From a virus (lineage: Duplodnaviria; Caudoviricetes), in the IMG/VR virus record IMGVR_UViG_3300037501_000105, positions 1-28,754 of that record: a stretch of DNA of 28,754 nt; one strand, given 5' to 3'. Numbering within the stretch: the first letter of the stretch is position 1; each line of letters starts with the position of its first letter. Position numbers and translations under genes: made by a program. The notes beneath the pieces were generated by a model that was given only the letters and a program-made list of their open reading frames with translations, did no database searches and had not been told where the DNA came from. This document shows positions 1 through 9,098 of the stretch, piece by piece.

Positions 1-2
1 AC

Positions 3-566
3 ATCACCCTCTTTGCCCGCCTCCACCAGAACAAGCGCATCCCGGTCGCCGACGGGACGATCTTCCACGCTATGGAGGAGTTCGTCCTCCGCTACCGGAA
101 CGTGGCGATGGCCGGACCCCAGTACTGGATGTTCGCACCCTCCCGAGAGGCCGTCCCGCCGTTTCAGCTCAACACCCGGATCTTCTCCTGCAACCTGATC
201 CGGAACGACATCGGGCTCCGCTGGCGGGCCCGCTACAACGAGGACGTCGACCTCTCGATCCGCTGCCTCCGAGAGGGCTGGTGCACCGTCCTCTTCAACG
301 CGTTCCTCCAGTACAAGCTCACGACCCAGACCCTCCCAGGAGGGAACACCGAGGCGTTCTACGCCGACGAGGGAACCCTCGCGAAGAGCCAGATGATCGT
401 CCGCCTCCACCCGGACATCTGCAAGCTCACGTACCGCTACGGCCGCCACCACCACACGGCCGACTTCTCGCAGTGGAAGAGCCGACGCCTCATCCGACGC
501 GACGACGTCGCCCTACCCGAGGCGAACCCGTACCGCTCCCGACTCGTCACCCGAACGAAAGGCTGA
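3..566 (+). CDS. TET-associated-type glycosyltransferase (TAGT/GREB1-like GT-A), 5'-truncated by window edge
   Basis: Frame is open from position 3. Motifs NTRIFSCNLIRND, RWRARYNEDVDLS, LFNAFLQYKxxTQxxxGGNT, KSQMIVRLHPD and RHHHxxD match my recollection of phage TAGT-family DNA-base glycosyltransferases. Confidence 0.75.
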   Translation: MTLFARLHQNKRIPVADGTIFHAMEEFVLRYRNVAMAGPQYWMFAPSREAVPPFQLNTRIFSCNLIRNDIGLRWRARYNEDVDLSIRCLREGWCTVLFNAFLQYKLTTQTLPGGNTEAFYADEGTLAKSQMIVRLHPDICKLTYRYGRHHHTADFSQWKSRRLIRRDDVALPEANPYRSRLVTRTKG

Positions 567-569
567 CCG

Positions 570-1250
570 ATGGCACGCCCTACCCGGATCCACGACGTCG
601 TCGCCCGCACCGAGAACGGCGACCCGATCACCGTCGGCGACCGCATCATCGGCGCCCTCCGCGCAGGCAACTACGTCGAGACCGCCGCCGCGTTCGCGGG
701 CGTCCACAAGGACACGATCTACCACTGGCTCCGAGAAGGAGCCCGAGCGATCGCCCGCACCGAGGGAGCCCTAGCCAAGGGAGAGGACCCGCCCGAACTG
801 ACCGAGAACGAACGAGCCTGGGTCGAGTTCTCCGACGCAGTAGCCCAGGCGCAGGCAGCAGCCGAGGTCGACGACGTCGCCCGCCTCGCTTCCCTCGCCC
901 GAGGAGGGCTCACGGTCGAGACGATCACGGAGAAGCGGGCCGTCAACGATCAGGGCGAGGAGGTCGTGACCGAGCGGACGATCCGCACCGAGGAGACCCT
1001 CCCTGACGCCGCGACGCTCCGCTGGCGTCTCGAACGCCGACACCCGGACCGCTGGGGCCGCCAGCATGTGGAGGTCTCCGGGATCGACGGCGCCCCGATC
1101 GAGCTGTCGATCGCCGAGAAGCGAGACGCGCTCGCCGCTCGCCTGTCGGCGCGCCGGGAACGTCTCCTCGGCTCGGACGACGATCCACAGGCTGGGGAGG
1201 ATTCTGGGGAGGACTCGCCCGAGGAGGAGGAGCCCGGTGGGCTGGGGTGA
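570..1250 (+). CDS. terS: Terminase small subunit
   Basis: N-terminal HTH (GNYVETAAAFAGVHKDTIYHW), WRLERRHPDRWG and VEVSGxDGAPIE motifs. Lies just upstream of TerL. Confidence 0.88.
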   Translation: MARPTRIHDVVARTENGDPITVGDRIIGALRAGNYVETAAAFAGVHKDTIYHWLREGARAIARTEGALAKGEDPPELTENERAWVEFSDAVAQAQAAAEVDDVARLASLARGGLTVETITEKRAVNDQGEEVVTERTIRTEETLPDAATLRWRLERRHPDRWGRQHVEVSGIDGAPIELSIAEKRDALAARLSARRERLLGSDDDPQAGEDSGEDSPEEEEPGGLG

Positions 1251-1428
1251 GGCCGAGATCCCGGCGATCCCGCCCGGGCCGCGCCCGGCGACCCTCGCCG
1301 TCTCCCGCTGCTCTCCGTGCCTCTGGGGCTCCCATGAGGACTGCACGGGCCGGGACGGCTCCGCCTGCGAATGTCCCTGCCGGGACGGTGAGTCGGCGGC
1401 GCTGACCGGGACGGGCGCGCCCGGATGA
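1237..1428 (+). CDS. Small Cys-rich protein (63 aa), putative metal-binding
   Basis: GTG at 1237 after GAGGAGGAG. CxxCxxGxHxxC...CxCxC pattern. Stop overlaps the terL start (ATGA). Confidence 0.6.
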   Translation: MGWGEAEIPAIPPGPRPATLAVSRCSPCLWGSHEDCTGRDGSACECPCRDGESAALTGTGAPG

Positions 1429-2963
1429 GCGACGACGCCCCGGAGGCGCCTCCTCCTTCGCTCCCGGGCCTCTCGATCGAGGACGAGCTGTCGCTCCTCA
1501 CGGACGAGGAACGGGACGCCTGGATCGCCGATCTGAACCCGGACGAACTCGACGCCCTCATGGCACGCGACTGGTCCGTCGTCGCCCGCCCGGAGCAGTT
1601 CCTCCCGGACGGCCACGACTGGCTCGTCTGGCTCATCCGGGCCGGGCGCGGCTGGGGCAAGACGAGGACGGGCGCCGAGGCGACCAAGGAGTCGATCCGG
1701 GAACTCGCAGCGGAGGCGACCGACCCGATCCGCTGGGCGCTCGTAGCTCCTCGACGGGAGGACGTCCTCACCATCCAGTTCGAGGGCGAGTCGGGCCTAG
1801 CCTCGGTGCTCCCTCCGTCGATGCTCCTCGGAGGCTCCTGGGATCGCTCGTTCAACAAGGGCGAGCTGACCCTCACGCTCGACGGCGGCCACTCCATCCG
1901 AGGGTTCTCCGGCCGGACGCCCTCGGCGCTCCGAGGCCCGCAGCATCACGGCGCCTGGATCGACGAACCCGCGACGCTCCCGGACGCCCACCGAGGGCTC
2001 GACGAGGACACCGCCGTCTCGAACCTCCTCCTGGGCCTACGCCTCCAGCCGTGGAACAGACTGATCATCACCGGGACGCCGAGGAACGTCCGCCTCATCA
2101 AGGATCTCCGGGCCCTCCCGGGCCTGATCGAGACCGTCGGCCGGACCCGGGACAACCTCGCGAACCTCTCCGAGCTGTTCAAGGCTGTCGTGATCGCCCG
2201 CTACGCCGGGACCCGGCTCGGCCGACAGGAGCTGGACGCCGAGCTGCTGGAGGGCGTCGGCGTGATGTTCGCCCGAGGCTGGTTCCGTCGAGGCGCCCCG
2301 GAGTGGCCGCGCGACGCGACGATCCGCCGCCTCCGCTACTGGGACCTGGCGTCGGGCGAGGAGAGCGAGGCGAACCCGGACCCGGACTGGACCGTCGGCG
2401 CGCTCGTCGCGTTCGACCCGGACCGCCGCCTCTACCGGATCGAGCACCTGGAGAGGTTCCGCCTGTCGCCTGGAGCTCGCGAGACGAGGATCCGGGCGAT
2501 CGCTAAGGCCGACGGTCTCCCGGTCGTCTGGATCGAGAAGGAGCCCGGGAACGCCGGGAAGGCTCAGCTGCACATGCTCGGCCGGGAACTGGACGGGATC
2601 GCCGCCGTGAGAGGCAACCCGGTCTCGGGCCCCAAGACCGTCCGGGCCGAGCTGCTCGCTACAGCGGCGGAGCAGGGTCGGGTGACGATCCCGGACGACG
2701 CCGCCTGGGTCGAGAGGTTCCTCGACGAGGCCGAGGAGTTCCCGGAGGGCCCGCACGACGACCAGGTCGACGCGGTCGCCGGAGCGTTCCAGATGCTGCG
2801 GGAATCGGGCCCGGCGAAGGTCGAGGCGCGCCCCGCCGCCGTCCCGGATCTCCCTCGCCCCGGCGCTCAGCGCCGTCAGGCTGTCCCGGGACGCGCCCCG
2901 GCGCAGGCGGGCGATCTTCGTTTGGGCCGCGGCTCCCGGCGCGGTCCTGGCGCCCGCTCCTAG
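1425..2963 (+). CDS. terL: Terminase large subunit
   Basis: Walker A AGRGWGKT, Walker B AWIDE, coupling motif ITGTP, and RNase H-like nuclease motifs YWDLA, DPDWTVG, IEKEPG and FPEGPHDDQVDA. Confidence 0.97.
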   Translation: MSDDAPEAPPPSLPGLSIEDELSLLTDEERDAWIADLNPDELDALMARDWSVVARPEQFLPDGHDWLVWLIRAGRGWGKTRTGAEATKESIRELAAEATDPIRWALVAPRREDVLTIQFEGESGLASVLPPSMLLGGSWDRSFNKGELTLTLDGGHSIRGFSGRTPSALRGPQHHGAWIDEPATLPDAHRGLDEDTAVSNLLLGLRLQPWNRLIITGTPRNVRLIKDLRALPGLIETVGRTRDNLANLSELFKAVVIARYAGTRLGRQELDAELLEGVGVMFARGWFRRGAPEWPRDATIRRLRYWDLASGEESEANPDPDWTVGALVAFDPDRRLYRIEHLERFRLSPGARETRIRAIAKADGLPVVWIEKEPGNAGKAQLHMLGRELDGIAAVRGNPVSGPKTVRAELLATAAEQGRVTIPDDAAWVERFLDEAEEFPEGPHDDQVDAVAGAFQMLRESGPAKVEARPAAVPDLPRPGAQRRQAVPGRAPAQAGDLRLGRGSRRGPGARS

Positions 2964-2976
2964 CTCGGGCTACCAT
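2959..2976 (+). promoter_or_regulatory. Leaderless promoter (-10 TACCAT) with overlapping near-palindrome TAGCTCGGGCTA
   Basis: TACCAT at 2971-2976, 6 nt before ATG 2983, no SD. Same CCTAGnnnnGGC-TAnnnT layout as at 9163 and 9775. Confidence 0.6.
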
Positions 2977-2982
2977 CCCGGC

Positions 2983-3264
2983 ATGGACTCCTACCCGAAC
3001 CAGACCGCCGACCGTCCCGTCGAGAGCCTCGACGTCGCAGCGAGGGTCGACCTCCACTCGTACCTGACCCGGATCTCGGCGACGCTCGCCGAGGCCGAGA
3101 TCGTCCTCGAACGGGCCGCCGACTCGCTCGACGGGCCGCGCGTCGTACCGGAGGAGGCGGCGTCGGCTCCGGGCGCCCTCGGTCGCCTGGAGCACATCGC
3201 CTCGAAGGCCGACCGGGTAGCGTTCCTCGCGCACACGATCCAGACGCAGATCGGCGAGGCGTAG
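2983..3264 (+). CDS. Hypothetical helical/coiled-coil protein (93 aa)
   Basis: Typical codon bias, amphipathic helices, candidate leaderless start. Confidence 0.75.
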   Translation: MDSYPNQTADRPVESLDVAARVDLHSYLTRISATLAEAEIVLERAADSLDGPRVVPEEAASAPGALGRLEHIASKADRVAFLAHTIQTQIGEA

Positions 3265-3268
3265 CCCG

Positions 3269-3508
3269 ATGGCGACGGCGATGATGGCGAAGGCGAAGCT
3301 GGACACGCCGGACGGCTCGCACTTCGAGAAGGTCCGCGTGGTCTACTCCGAGACCGAGGCGTACGCGCTCGACTCCCGAGGCCGGAAGGTCTGGGAGGCG
3401 GCGCTCTCCGGGTTCGAGAAGCAGGGCAAGGACGTCGTCCTGCTCTCCCTCGCCGCTCCGGCCGGAGCGGTCGCCCGAGCCGAGAAGAGCTGCGGCTGTC
3501 GCGGCTGA
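3269..3508 (+). CDS. Hypothetical protein (79 aa) with C-terminal CGC motif
   Basis: Typical codon bias. Ends KSCGCRG. Confidence 0.75.
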   Translation: MATAMMAKAKLDTPDGSHFEKVRVVYSETEAYALDSRGRKVWEAALSGFEKQGKDVVLLSLAAPAGAVARAEKSCGCRG

Positions 3509-3541
3509 TCTGAACCCGAACCCTCCGGAAGGAACCTACCC

Positions 3542-4039
3542 GTGAACGAACAGCACGCCGCCGACGTCGCCGAAGCGTGGGAGGCCGCGGCCGCCCGAGA
3601 CGACTACCGCTCCGCGCTCCACCCGCTCGGCGCCGACCTCGACGCCTACCGGGACTCCGGCGCCAAGCTCGCCGCCAAGCTCGACGAGACCGTACGCGGC
3701 TACCTCGGGAAGCGGAAGCGAGACGCCATCGAGGTCGGCGTCGGCGACGGCCGGATCGCAGGGCCGCTCGTCCGCCTCGGCTGGGCCGTGACCGGGCTCG
3801 ACACGTCCGAGACGATGATCCGCCGTCTCGCCGACTCGGAGCCCGAGGTCGACGGCGTCCTGATCGACCCGTCGGGCCGCGTCCCGAAGCTACGGGCGAA
3901 TCTCGTCTACTCGTTCTCGTTCTCGGCGATCGGCGAGAACCACGGCCACGTCCACGTCCTCCAGCGCCCGAAGGACGAGACGACGGACCCGAGGCCCGAG
4001 CCTCTCGGCGACGTCCTCGACGGCTTCGAGGAGAGCTGA
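3542..4039 (+). CDS. Class I SAM-dependent methyltransferase (possibly internally shortened)
   Basis: Motif I AIEVGVGDGRI and motif II VTGLDTSETM. SD AAGGA upstream. Only about 40 aa follow NLVYSF. Confidence 0.78.
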   Translation: MNEQHAADVAEAWEAAAARDDYRSALHPLGADLDAYRDSGAKLAAKLDETVRGYLGKRKRDAIEVGVGDGRIAGPLVRLGWAVTGLDTSETMIRRLADSEPEVDGVLIDPSGRVPKLRANLVYSFSFSAIGENHGHVHVLQRPKDETTDPRPEPLGDVLDGFEES

Positions 4040-4041
4040 GC

Positions 4042-4155
4042 GTGGACCGGGACGAACTCCTCGCCGACCTCGCCGTCGGTCTCGCGTTCGGCGCGCTGAT
4101 CATCGCGGGAGCGGTCGCCGTCGCCGAGATCATCCGGTGGAGGCTCGAACGGTGA
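4042..4155 (+). CDS. Small single-pass membrane protein (37 aa)
   Basis: GAGGAG SD, GTG at 4042, sequence MDRDELLADLAVGLAFGALIIAGAVAVAEIIRWRLER. Stop overlaps the next start (GTGA). Confidence 0.65.
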   Translation: MDRDELLADLAVGLAFGALIIAGAVAVAEIIRWRLER

Positions 4156-5114
4156 GGACCCTCGCCCACGTCCACCTGTACCCGCCGAGCCACAACGCCG
4201 GAGCCGAGTGGATGCTCCACTCGATCCACCGCTACCTCCTCGCCGAGGGAGACGTCGAGCGGGCCTCGGTGATCACGACCCGGCCGCCGCGGCGCCACGA
4301 CACGTTCCAGGGCGTCCGGGTCTCGATGATCCGCGACCCGAGGCGAGCCCGGATGGCGTACCGGGACGTCGACGTGATCCTCACGCATCTCGACTCGACG
4401 AGGCAGGCCGTCGCCTGCGCCAACCGGGAATGCAAGCCGATCGTCCATCTCGTCCACAACGACCGGCAGCTCGACTTCCACAAGGTCGCCCGGGCGGAGG
4501 CGCAGCTCGTCTGCTTTAACTCCCGCTGGATCGCCGAGGCGGTCCGCTGGGAGGGCCCGTCGATGGTTCTGAACCCTCCGGTCTGGACCGCCGACTACCC
4601 GGAGCGCGACGGCCCGCACGACGCCGTCCTCCTCCTGAACCTCGCTCCAGCGAAGGGCGCCGAGACGTTCTACGAGATGGCGCGCCGCTTCCCGGAGACG
4701 AGGTTCCTCGCCGTGCAGGGCGCCTACGCCGCTCAGGTCCCGCCTCCGGCCGACCTCGGCAACGTGACGCTCGTCGGGAACACGCCCGACGTCGCGTCGC
4801 TCTACGCCGAGGCGAGAGTCGTCCTGATGCCGTCGCACTACGAGAGCTGGGGCCGAGTCGCCGTCGAGGCCGCGTCGGCCGCTGTCCCGACGATCGCCTG
4901 CCCGACTCCCGGCCTCCGAGAGACCGGCATCCCGGACGCGTTCGCCGAGCACGACGACTACGACCGCTGGGAGACCCTCCTCGGGACGCTCCTCTCGTCC
5001 GACGAGACCTGGGAGCACGCCCGCCGTGGAGCTCAACAGCGAGCACGGGAGCTGGAGGACCGCTCCCGGGAGCAGCTCGCCGAGTTCTCCTCCCGCCTCC
5101 GAGACCTGTGCTGA
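4152..5114 (+). CDS. GT-B glycosyltransferase, GT4-like
   Basis: YPPxHNAGAE N-terminus, FNSxW, KG, and MPSHYESWGRVAVEA (EX7E signature). GTG start at 4152 is coupled to the upstream stop. Confidence 0.9.
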   Translation: MRTLAHVHLYPPSHNAGAEWMLHSIHRYLLAEGDVERASVITTRPPRRHDTFQGVRVSMIRDPRRARMAYRDVDVILTHLDSTRQAVACANRECKPIVHLVHNDRQLDFHKVARAEAQLVCFNSRWIAEAVRWEGPSMVLNPPVWTADYPERDGPHDAVLLLNLAPAKGAETFYEMARRFPETRFLAVQGAYAAQVPPPADLGNVTLVGNTPDVASLYAEARVVLMPSHYESWGRVAVEAASAAVPTIACPTPGLRETGIPDAFAEHDDYDRWETLLGTLLSSDETWEHARRGAQQRARELEDRSREQLAEFSSRLRDLC

Positions 5115-6121
5115 TCCACTTCCTCGCCTCGCAGCGGCACTACGCCGAGCATCTCCTCCCGATCTGGGAGGCGCTCGACCCGGACGAGCGAGGCTGGTTC
5201 ATAGCGACGTCGCGCGACGCCTGGCGCTGGCTCGGAGCCCGAGGCGTCTCCGCCCGTCTCCACCGAGGCACGATGCCGATGCGGCGCACGCTCCTCGACG
5301 GGAAGCAGCCGCCGTGGGTCGTCGCCTCGTACTCGGACCTCGTCTCGCTCGGGCCTCGACGTCGAGCGGTCCTCGTCGAGCACGGCGCCGGGCAGCACTA
5401 CGGCGGCGACGGCGGAACGGCGGCCACGCTCCCGTACCACGCCGGAGGCACCGAGCGCGGGACCGTCGACTGCTTCCTCTGCCCGAACGAGGTCGTGGCC
5501 TACCGCAACGCGAACGTCTATCCGAACGCCCGGGCTCTCGCCGTCGGCTGCCCGAAGCTGGACAGCTACCGCTCGGACCCGGCCGACCGGGACGCCGTCG
5601 TGTTCGCTTGGCACTGGCAGCCTCCGCTCGCTCAGTCGGTCCCGGAGTCGGGCTCGGCGTTCCCGGAGTACGCCGTCGAGGTCGAGGCGCTCGCGTCGTC
5701 CGGCCGCTGGCCGGTCGTCGGGCACGGCCACCCGAGAGGCTGGAGCCACTTCGAGTCGTTCTACCGGGGCGCCGGGATCGAGCCCGTCCGAGAACTCCGA
5801 GACGCCCTAGCCCGGGCGCGGGTGCTCGTCGCAGACAACACGTCGGCGATGTGGGAGGCCGCGGCGCTCGACGTCCCGGTCGTCGTCGTGAACTCGAAGC
5901 GGTACCGCCGCGACGTCGACCACGGGCTCCGCTTCTGGGAGTTCGCCGACGTCGGCCCGCAGGTCGACGACCCGACCCAGCTCGCCGACGCGATCGAGCG
6001 GGCCCTCGACGCCGACGAGTGGGCCGAACGCCGCGACGAGATCGCCTGCCTGCTGTACGGTGAACGAGACGGCGGCGGCGCCGCCCGAGCGGTCGAGGAG
6101 ATCCGTGCCACCTACGCCTGA
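5108..6121 (+). CDS. GT-B fold transferase resembling CDP-glycerol glycerophosphotransferase (TagB/TagF-like)
   Basis: VLVEHG, AVGCPKLD, GHGHP and VLVADNTSAMWE...DVPVV correspond to the TagF-like HG, GxPRxD, HP and TDYSS motifs. Confidence 0.65.
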   Translation: MLIHFLASQRHYAEHLLPIWEALDPDERGWFIATSRDAWRWLGARGVSARLHRGTMPMRRTLLDGKQPPWVVASYSDLVSLGPRRRAVLVEHGAGQHYGGDGGTAATLPYHAGGTERGTVDCFLCPNEVVAYRNANVYPNARALAVGCPKLDSYRSDPADRDAVVFAWHWQPPLAQSVPESGSAFPEYAVEVEALASSGRWPVVGHGHPRGWSHFESFYRGAGIEPVRELRDALARARVLVADNTSAMWEAAALDVPVVVVNSKRYRRDVDHGLRFWEFADVGPQVDDPTQLADAIERALDADEWAERRDEIACLLYGERDGGGAARAVEEIRATYA

Positions 6122-6164
6122 TCATCCCTCAGGGCGAGCGACCCGGGAGGACGCTCCCGCACGC

Positions 6165-6347
6165 GTGATCCTCTGGGAGTGCCCGCGCCGCTGCCTCGAA
6201 CTCGTCGGCTGGATCTACCTCGCGACGGCGGGACACCAGGCGAAGCGTCGAGGCGTCCGAGCGATCTCGATGGAGGCCCGCCCGGAGGATCAGCGCCACG
6301 CGACGCTCCCGGATCATCTCGTCGTCCGCTGCGAGGTCTGGGTATGA
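6165..6347 (+). CDS. Hypothetical protein (60 aa)
   Basis: GTG at 6165 with GGGAGG upstream. Stop overlaps the next ATG (ATGA at 6344). Confidence 0.5.
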   Translation: MILWECPRRCLELVGWIYLATAGHQAKRRGVRAISMEARPEDQRHATLPDHLVVRCEVWV

Positions 6348-6637
6348 GCGACGCCCTCGACTTCACGGTCGACGCCCTCGCCACGTTCCGGATCACCCGC
6401 CTCGTCGTCGACGACTCGATCGCGGACGACGCTCGAAACGCGGCGCTGACCGTCGCCGAGAAGGTAGGCGGACCCGAGTTCAGAGACGAGGTCGCCGAGC
6501 TGCTCTCCTGCTACTGGTGCTCCGCCCGGAAGCGTCTCCCGTCCGTCTGGCGGCCGCTCGCTGCCGTTCTCGCTCTCTCCGCTATCGCTGGCCTCCTCGG
6601 CTCGAACAGGTACGATGCGGACCGTGACGGCGACTGA
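6344..6637 (+). CDS. DUF1360-like membrane protein
   Basis: LATFRITRLVVDDSI and LLSCYWC motifs, hydrophobic C-terminus. Sits directly before the portal, as in related actinophages. Confidence 0.75.
   Translation: MSDALDFTVDALATFRITRLVVDDSIADDARNAALTVAEKVGGPEFRDEVAELLSCYWCSARKRLPSVWRPLAAVLALSAIAGLLGSNRYDADRDGD
6611..6616 (+). promoter_or_regulatory. Candidate leaderless -10 (TACGAT) for portal
   Basis: TACGAT lies 7 nt before in-frame GTG 6624. No SD. Confidence 0.5.
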
Positions 6638-9098
6638 CGAGCCCACCCTCCTGCCCGTCCTCTCCGACCCGCGGCCGATCGAGGACCGGGCCTACCATCT
6701 CGGACGGATGGAGGGCCGCCTCCAGGGCCTCCGGGAGAAGAGGCGGAGCGAAGGCCCGGCCGGGCTCATCGCCGCAGCACGCACGCTCGACCTCACGTCC
6801 CAGCGGGAGGCCGCGACGCTCAAGCGCCGCCAGGGGTCGCAGACCGGAGGCTGGCAGGACGACGCCTGGCTCTACTACGACGTGCTCTCCGAGATCAAGC
6901 AGGGCGCCCGCTTCAAGGGCCGGTCCCTCGCCAAGCTCGCGCTGTTCCCGGCGATCATCCAGGAGGGCGAGCATGAGCTCGTCCCGCTCGACACCGAGGT
7001 CGACGGCGTTCCGGTCGTCTCGCCCCAGGTAGCGTCGATCGCCGACTTGGCGCTCCAGCGGCTCGGCGGAGGCAAGGACGGGCATCGCACGATGCTCGAA
7101 CGGTGGGGCCAGAACGGCTTCGTGGTCGGCGAGGGCTACCTCGTCGGCTGGCAGGAGCCCGACGCGATGGAGGCGGAGCGGGACCGCTTCGCGTTCGCGT
7201 CGATCGACGAGATCACCGTGTCGACGGACGGCCGCTGGACGTACCGGCAGGACCCGGGCGCAGGGATCGAGGACTCGATCCGCCTCGACCCGGCGACGAG
7301 CCTCGTCGTCCGCATCTGGTACCAGCACGCCCGCTACTCGGCGCTGCCCGACTCGCCCGTCGCAGGCGTCCTCGACCACTGCGAGCATCTCCTCACGCTC
7401 CAGCAGGAGAGCCTCGGCGCCGCGATGTCCCGGATGAACAACGGCGTGCTCCTCGTCCCGAGAGGAGCGACCGTCCACGGCGGCCGCCTCCCGGACTCGG
7501 ACGGCACGGACGGCGAGGCGCAGCGGTCGATCACCCTCGACGACCTCCTCCAGCACATCATCACGCCGATCGGGAACCCGCGCTCCGCCTCGGCCGCGGC
7601 GCCGATCATCATCAGCGCCGACCCGGAGGACATCGAGAAGTTCCGGCACATGACGTTCGGCCGGGAGTTCGACAAGATCAGCGACGCCCGGATCTCCGCC
7701 CTGATCGACCGGATCGGCAACGGCGTCGATCTCCCGAAGGAGGTTCTCACCGGGCAGCTCGGAGAGGCGAACCACTGGAGCGCCTGGCTGATCACCGATT
7801 CGCAGTTCCGGGACTACGTCCAGCCGGACGCCGACCAGTTCGTCGAGGCGATCACGGTCGGCTACTTCCGCCCGGCGCTCCTCGCCGCGAACGTCCCGGC
7901 CGACCTCGTCGCCCGGATGGTCGTCGGCTACGACGCCTCCGCTCTCGTCGCCGACCCGGATGAGAGCGACAACGCGTTCCGTGCCGTCGAGGTCGGGCTC
8001 ATCGGTGACGCCGCCGCCCGCCGTCGCATCGGCTACTCCGAGGCCGAGGCTCCGACCGACGAGGAACTCGCCCGCCGCACCGCCGCTCCCTCGACCGACC
8101 AGCCGGACGACGGCGCGGTCGACGAGGCCGGAGGTACCGGAGACGTGCCGGACACGGAGGACGCTCTCCAGGAGGCGCTCACGGCCGCGGCGACTCGGAC
8201 GACGGCGCGCCTCGACCGTCTCGGGCGCCGCTGGGCCGACCGGGACCGGCAGCTCCGCAACCGTCTCCTCTCCGCCGCCGACGCCGCGATGACCCGGGCC
8301 CTCGACCGGGCCGGAGCGCGCCTCCGCTCCCGCCTCGCGAAGGCGAAGCACTCGCCGTGGCGCGACGTCATCGACGGGCGCCCCAACCGAGAGATCGCCT
8401 CCCTCGTCGGCCCGGCCGCCGTCACCGCGGCGATCGAGGGCGACGACCCGTCCGAGCTGATCGAGGCCGAGTTCGATGAGCTCATCACCAGGTTCCGGTC
8501 GCAGGTCGGCCGGGCTCAGGCGACGACTCGCCGGGAGCTGGCGGAACTCGGTCTCGACGACGAGCAGATCGACCGGCTGGAGCGCACGCAGGCGGAGGAC
8601 CGCGACCAGGGCGCCGAGCTGCTCCTCTCGCTCCTCGTCGGGCTCGCGACGCAGCGGCTGTTCGACCCGCGCCCGGCCGCGCCGCCGATCGGCGAGTACG
8701 ACCCGGAGCTGTCCGTCCCGGCCGGGATCATCCGGGAGTCGCTCTCCGTCGCGGGAGGCGCCCGAGGAGAGCCGACTCGAGGCGGCGCGTTCCGGTCGCC
8801 GGACGAGCGGATCGCCGGGCAGCTCGCGACCGGGCAGACGGTCGCCGACTTCGCTCGGGAGATCGGCCTGGAGGTCGTCGGGTACACGTGGGACTACGGC
8901 GACGCCTCGTCTCGGCAGTTCCCGTTCTCGCCGCACGAACTCCTCGACGGGACCGAGTTCGCCGCCTGGGACGACCCGGCGCTCGCCAACTCGGAGTCGT
9001 TCCCGGAGGAGGCGTTCTACTTCCCGGGCGATCACTCGGGCTGCCAGTGCGACGTCGTCCCGAGGCTGGCGGAAACCCGCCGCCCGGGCGACGAGTAG
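6624..9098 (+). CDS. Portal protein with C-terminal MuF-like (minor head) domain
   Basis: WQDDAWLYYD, VVGEGYLV, NNGVLLVP, SAAAPII and NHWSAW are typical of cluster-B-like portals. After an acidic linker comes a domain of about 300 aa ending YFPGDHSGCQC (MuF-like HxxCxC). Start may be 6615 or 6624. Confidence 0.88.
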   Translation: MTATDEPTLLPVLSDPRPIEDRAYHLGRMEGRLQGLREKRRSEGPAGLIAAARTLDLTSQREAATLKRRQGSQTGGWQDDAWLYYDVLSEIKQGARFKGRSLAKLALFPAIIQEGEHELVPLDTEVDGVPVVSPQVASIADLALQRLGGGKDGHRTMLERWGQNGFVVGEGYLVGWQEPDAMEAERDRFAFASIDEITVSTDGRWTYRQDPGAGIEDSIRLDPATSLVVRIWYQHARYSALPDSPVAGVLDHCEHLLTLQQESLGAAMSRMNNGVLLVPRGATVHGGRLPDSDGTDGEAQRSITLDDLLQHIITPIGNPRSASAAAPIIISADPEDIEKFRHMTFGREFDKISDARISALIDRIGNGVDLPKEVLTGQLGEANHWSAWLITDSQFRDYVQPDADQFVEAITVGYFRPALLAANVPADLVARMVVGYDASALVADPDESDNAFRAVEVGLIGDAAARRRIGYSEAEAPTDEELARRTAAPSTDQPDDGAVDEAGGTGDVPDTEDALQEALTAAATRTTARLDRLGRRWADRDRQLRNRLLSAADAAMTRALDRAGARLRSRLAKAKHSPWRDVIDGRPNREIASLVGPAAVTAAIEGDDPSELIEAEFDELITRFRSQVGRAQATTRRELAELGLDDEQIDRLERTQAEDRDQGAELLLSLLVGLATQRLFDPRPAAPPIGEYDPELSVPAGIIRESLSVAGGARGEPTRGGAFRSPDERIAGQLATGQTVADFAREIGLEVVGYTWDYGDASSRQFPFSPHELLDGTEFAAWDDPALANSESFPEEAFYFPGDHSGCQCDVVPRLAETRRPGDE

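Noticed and set aside
6693-6710. TACCAT plus ATG 6708 as portal promoter/start
   Set aside because: Spacing is 9 nt and the upstream codons look coding. TACGAT-N7-GTG 6624 fits better, though 6708 is not excluded.
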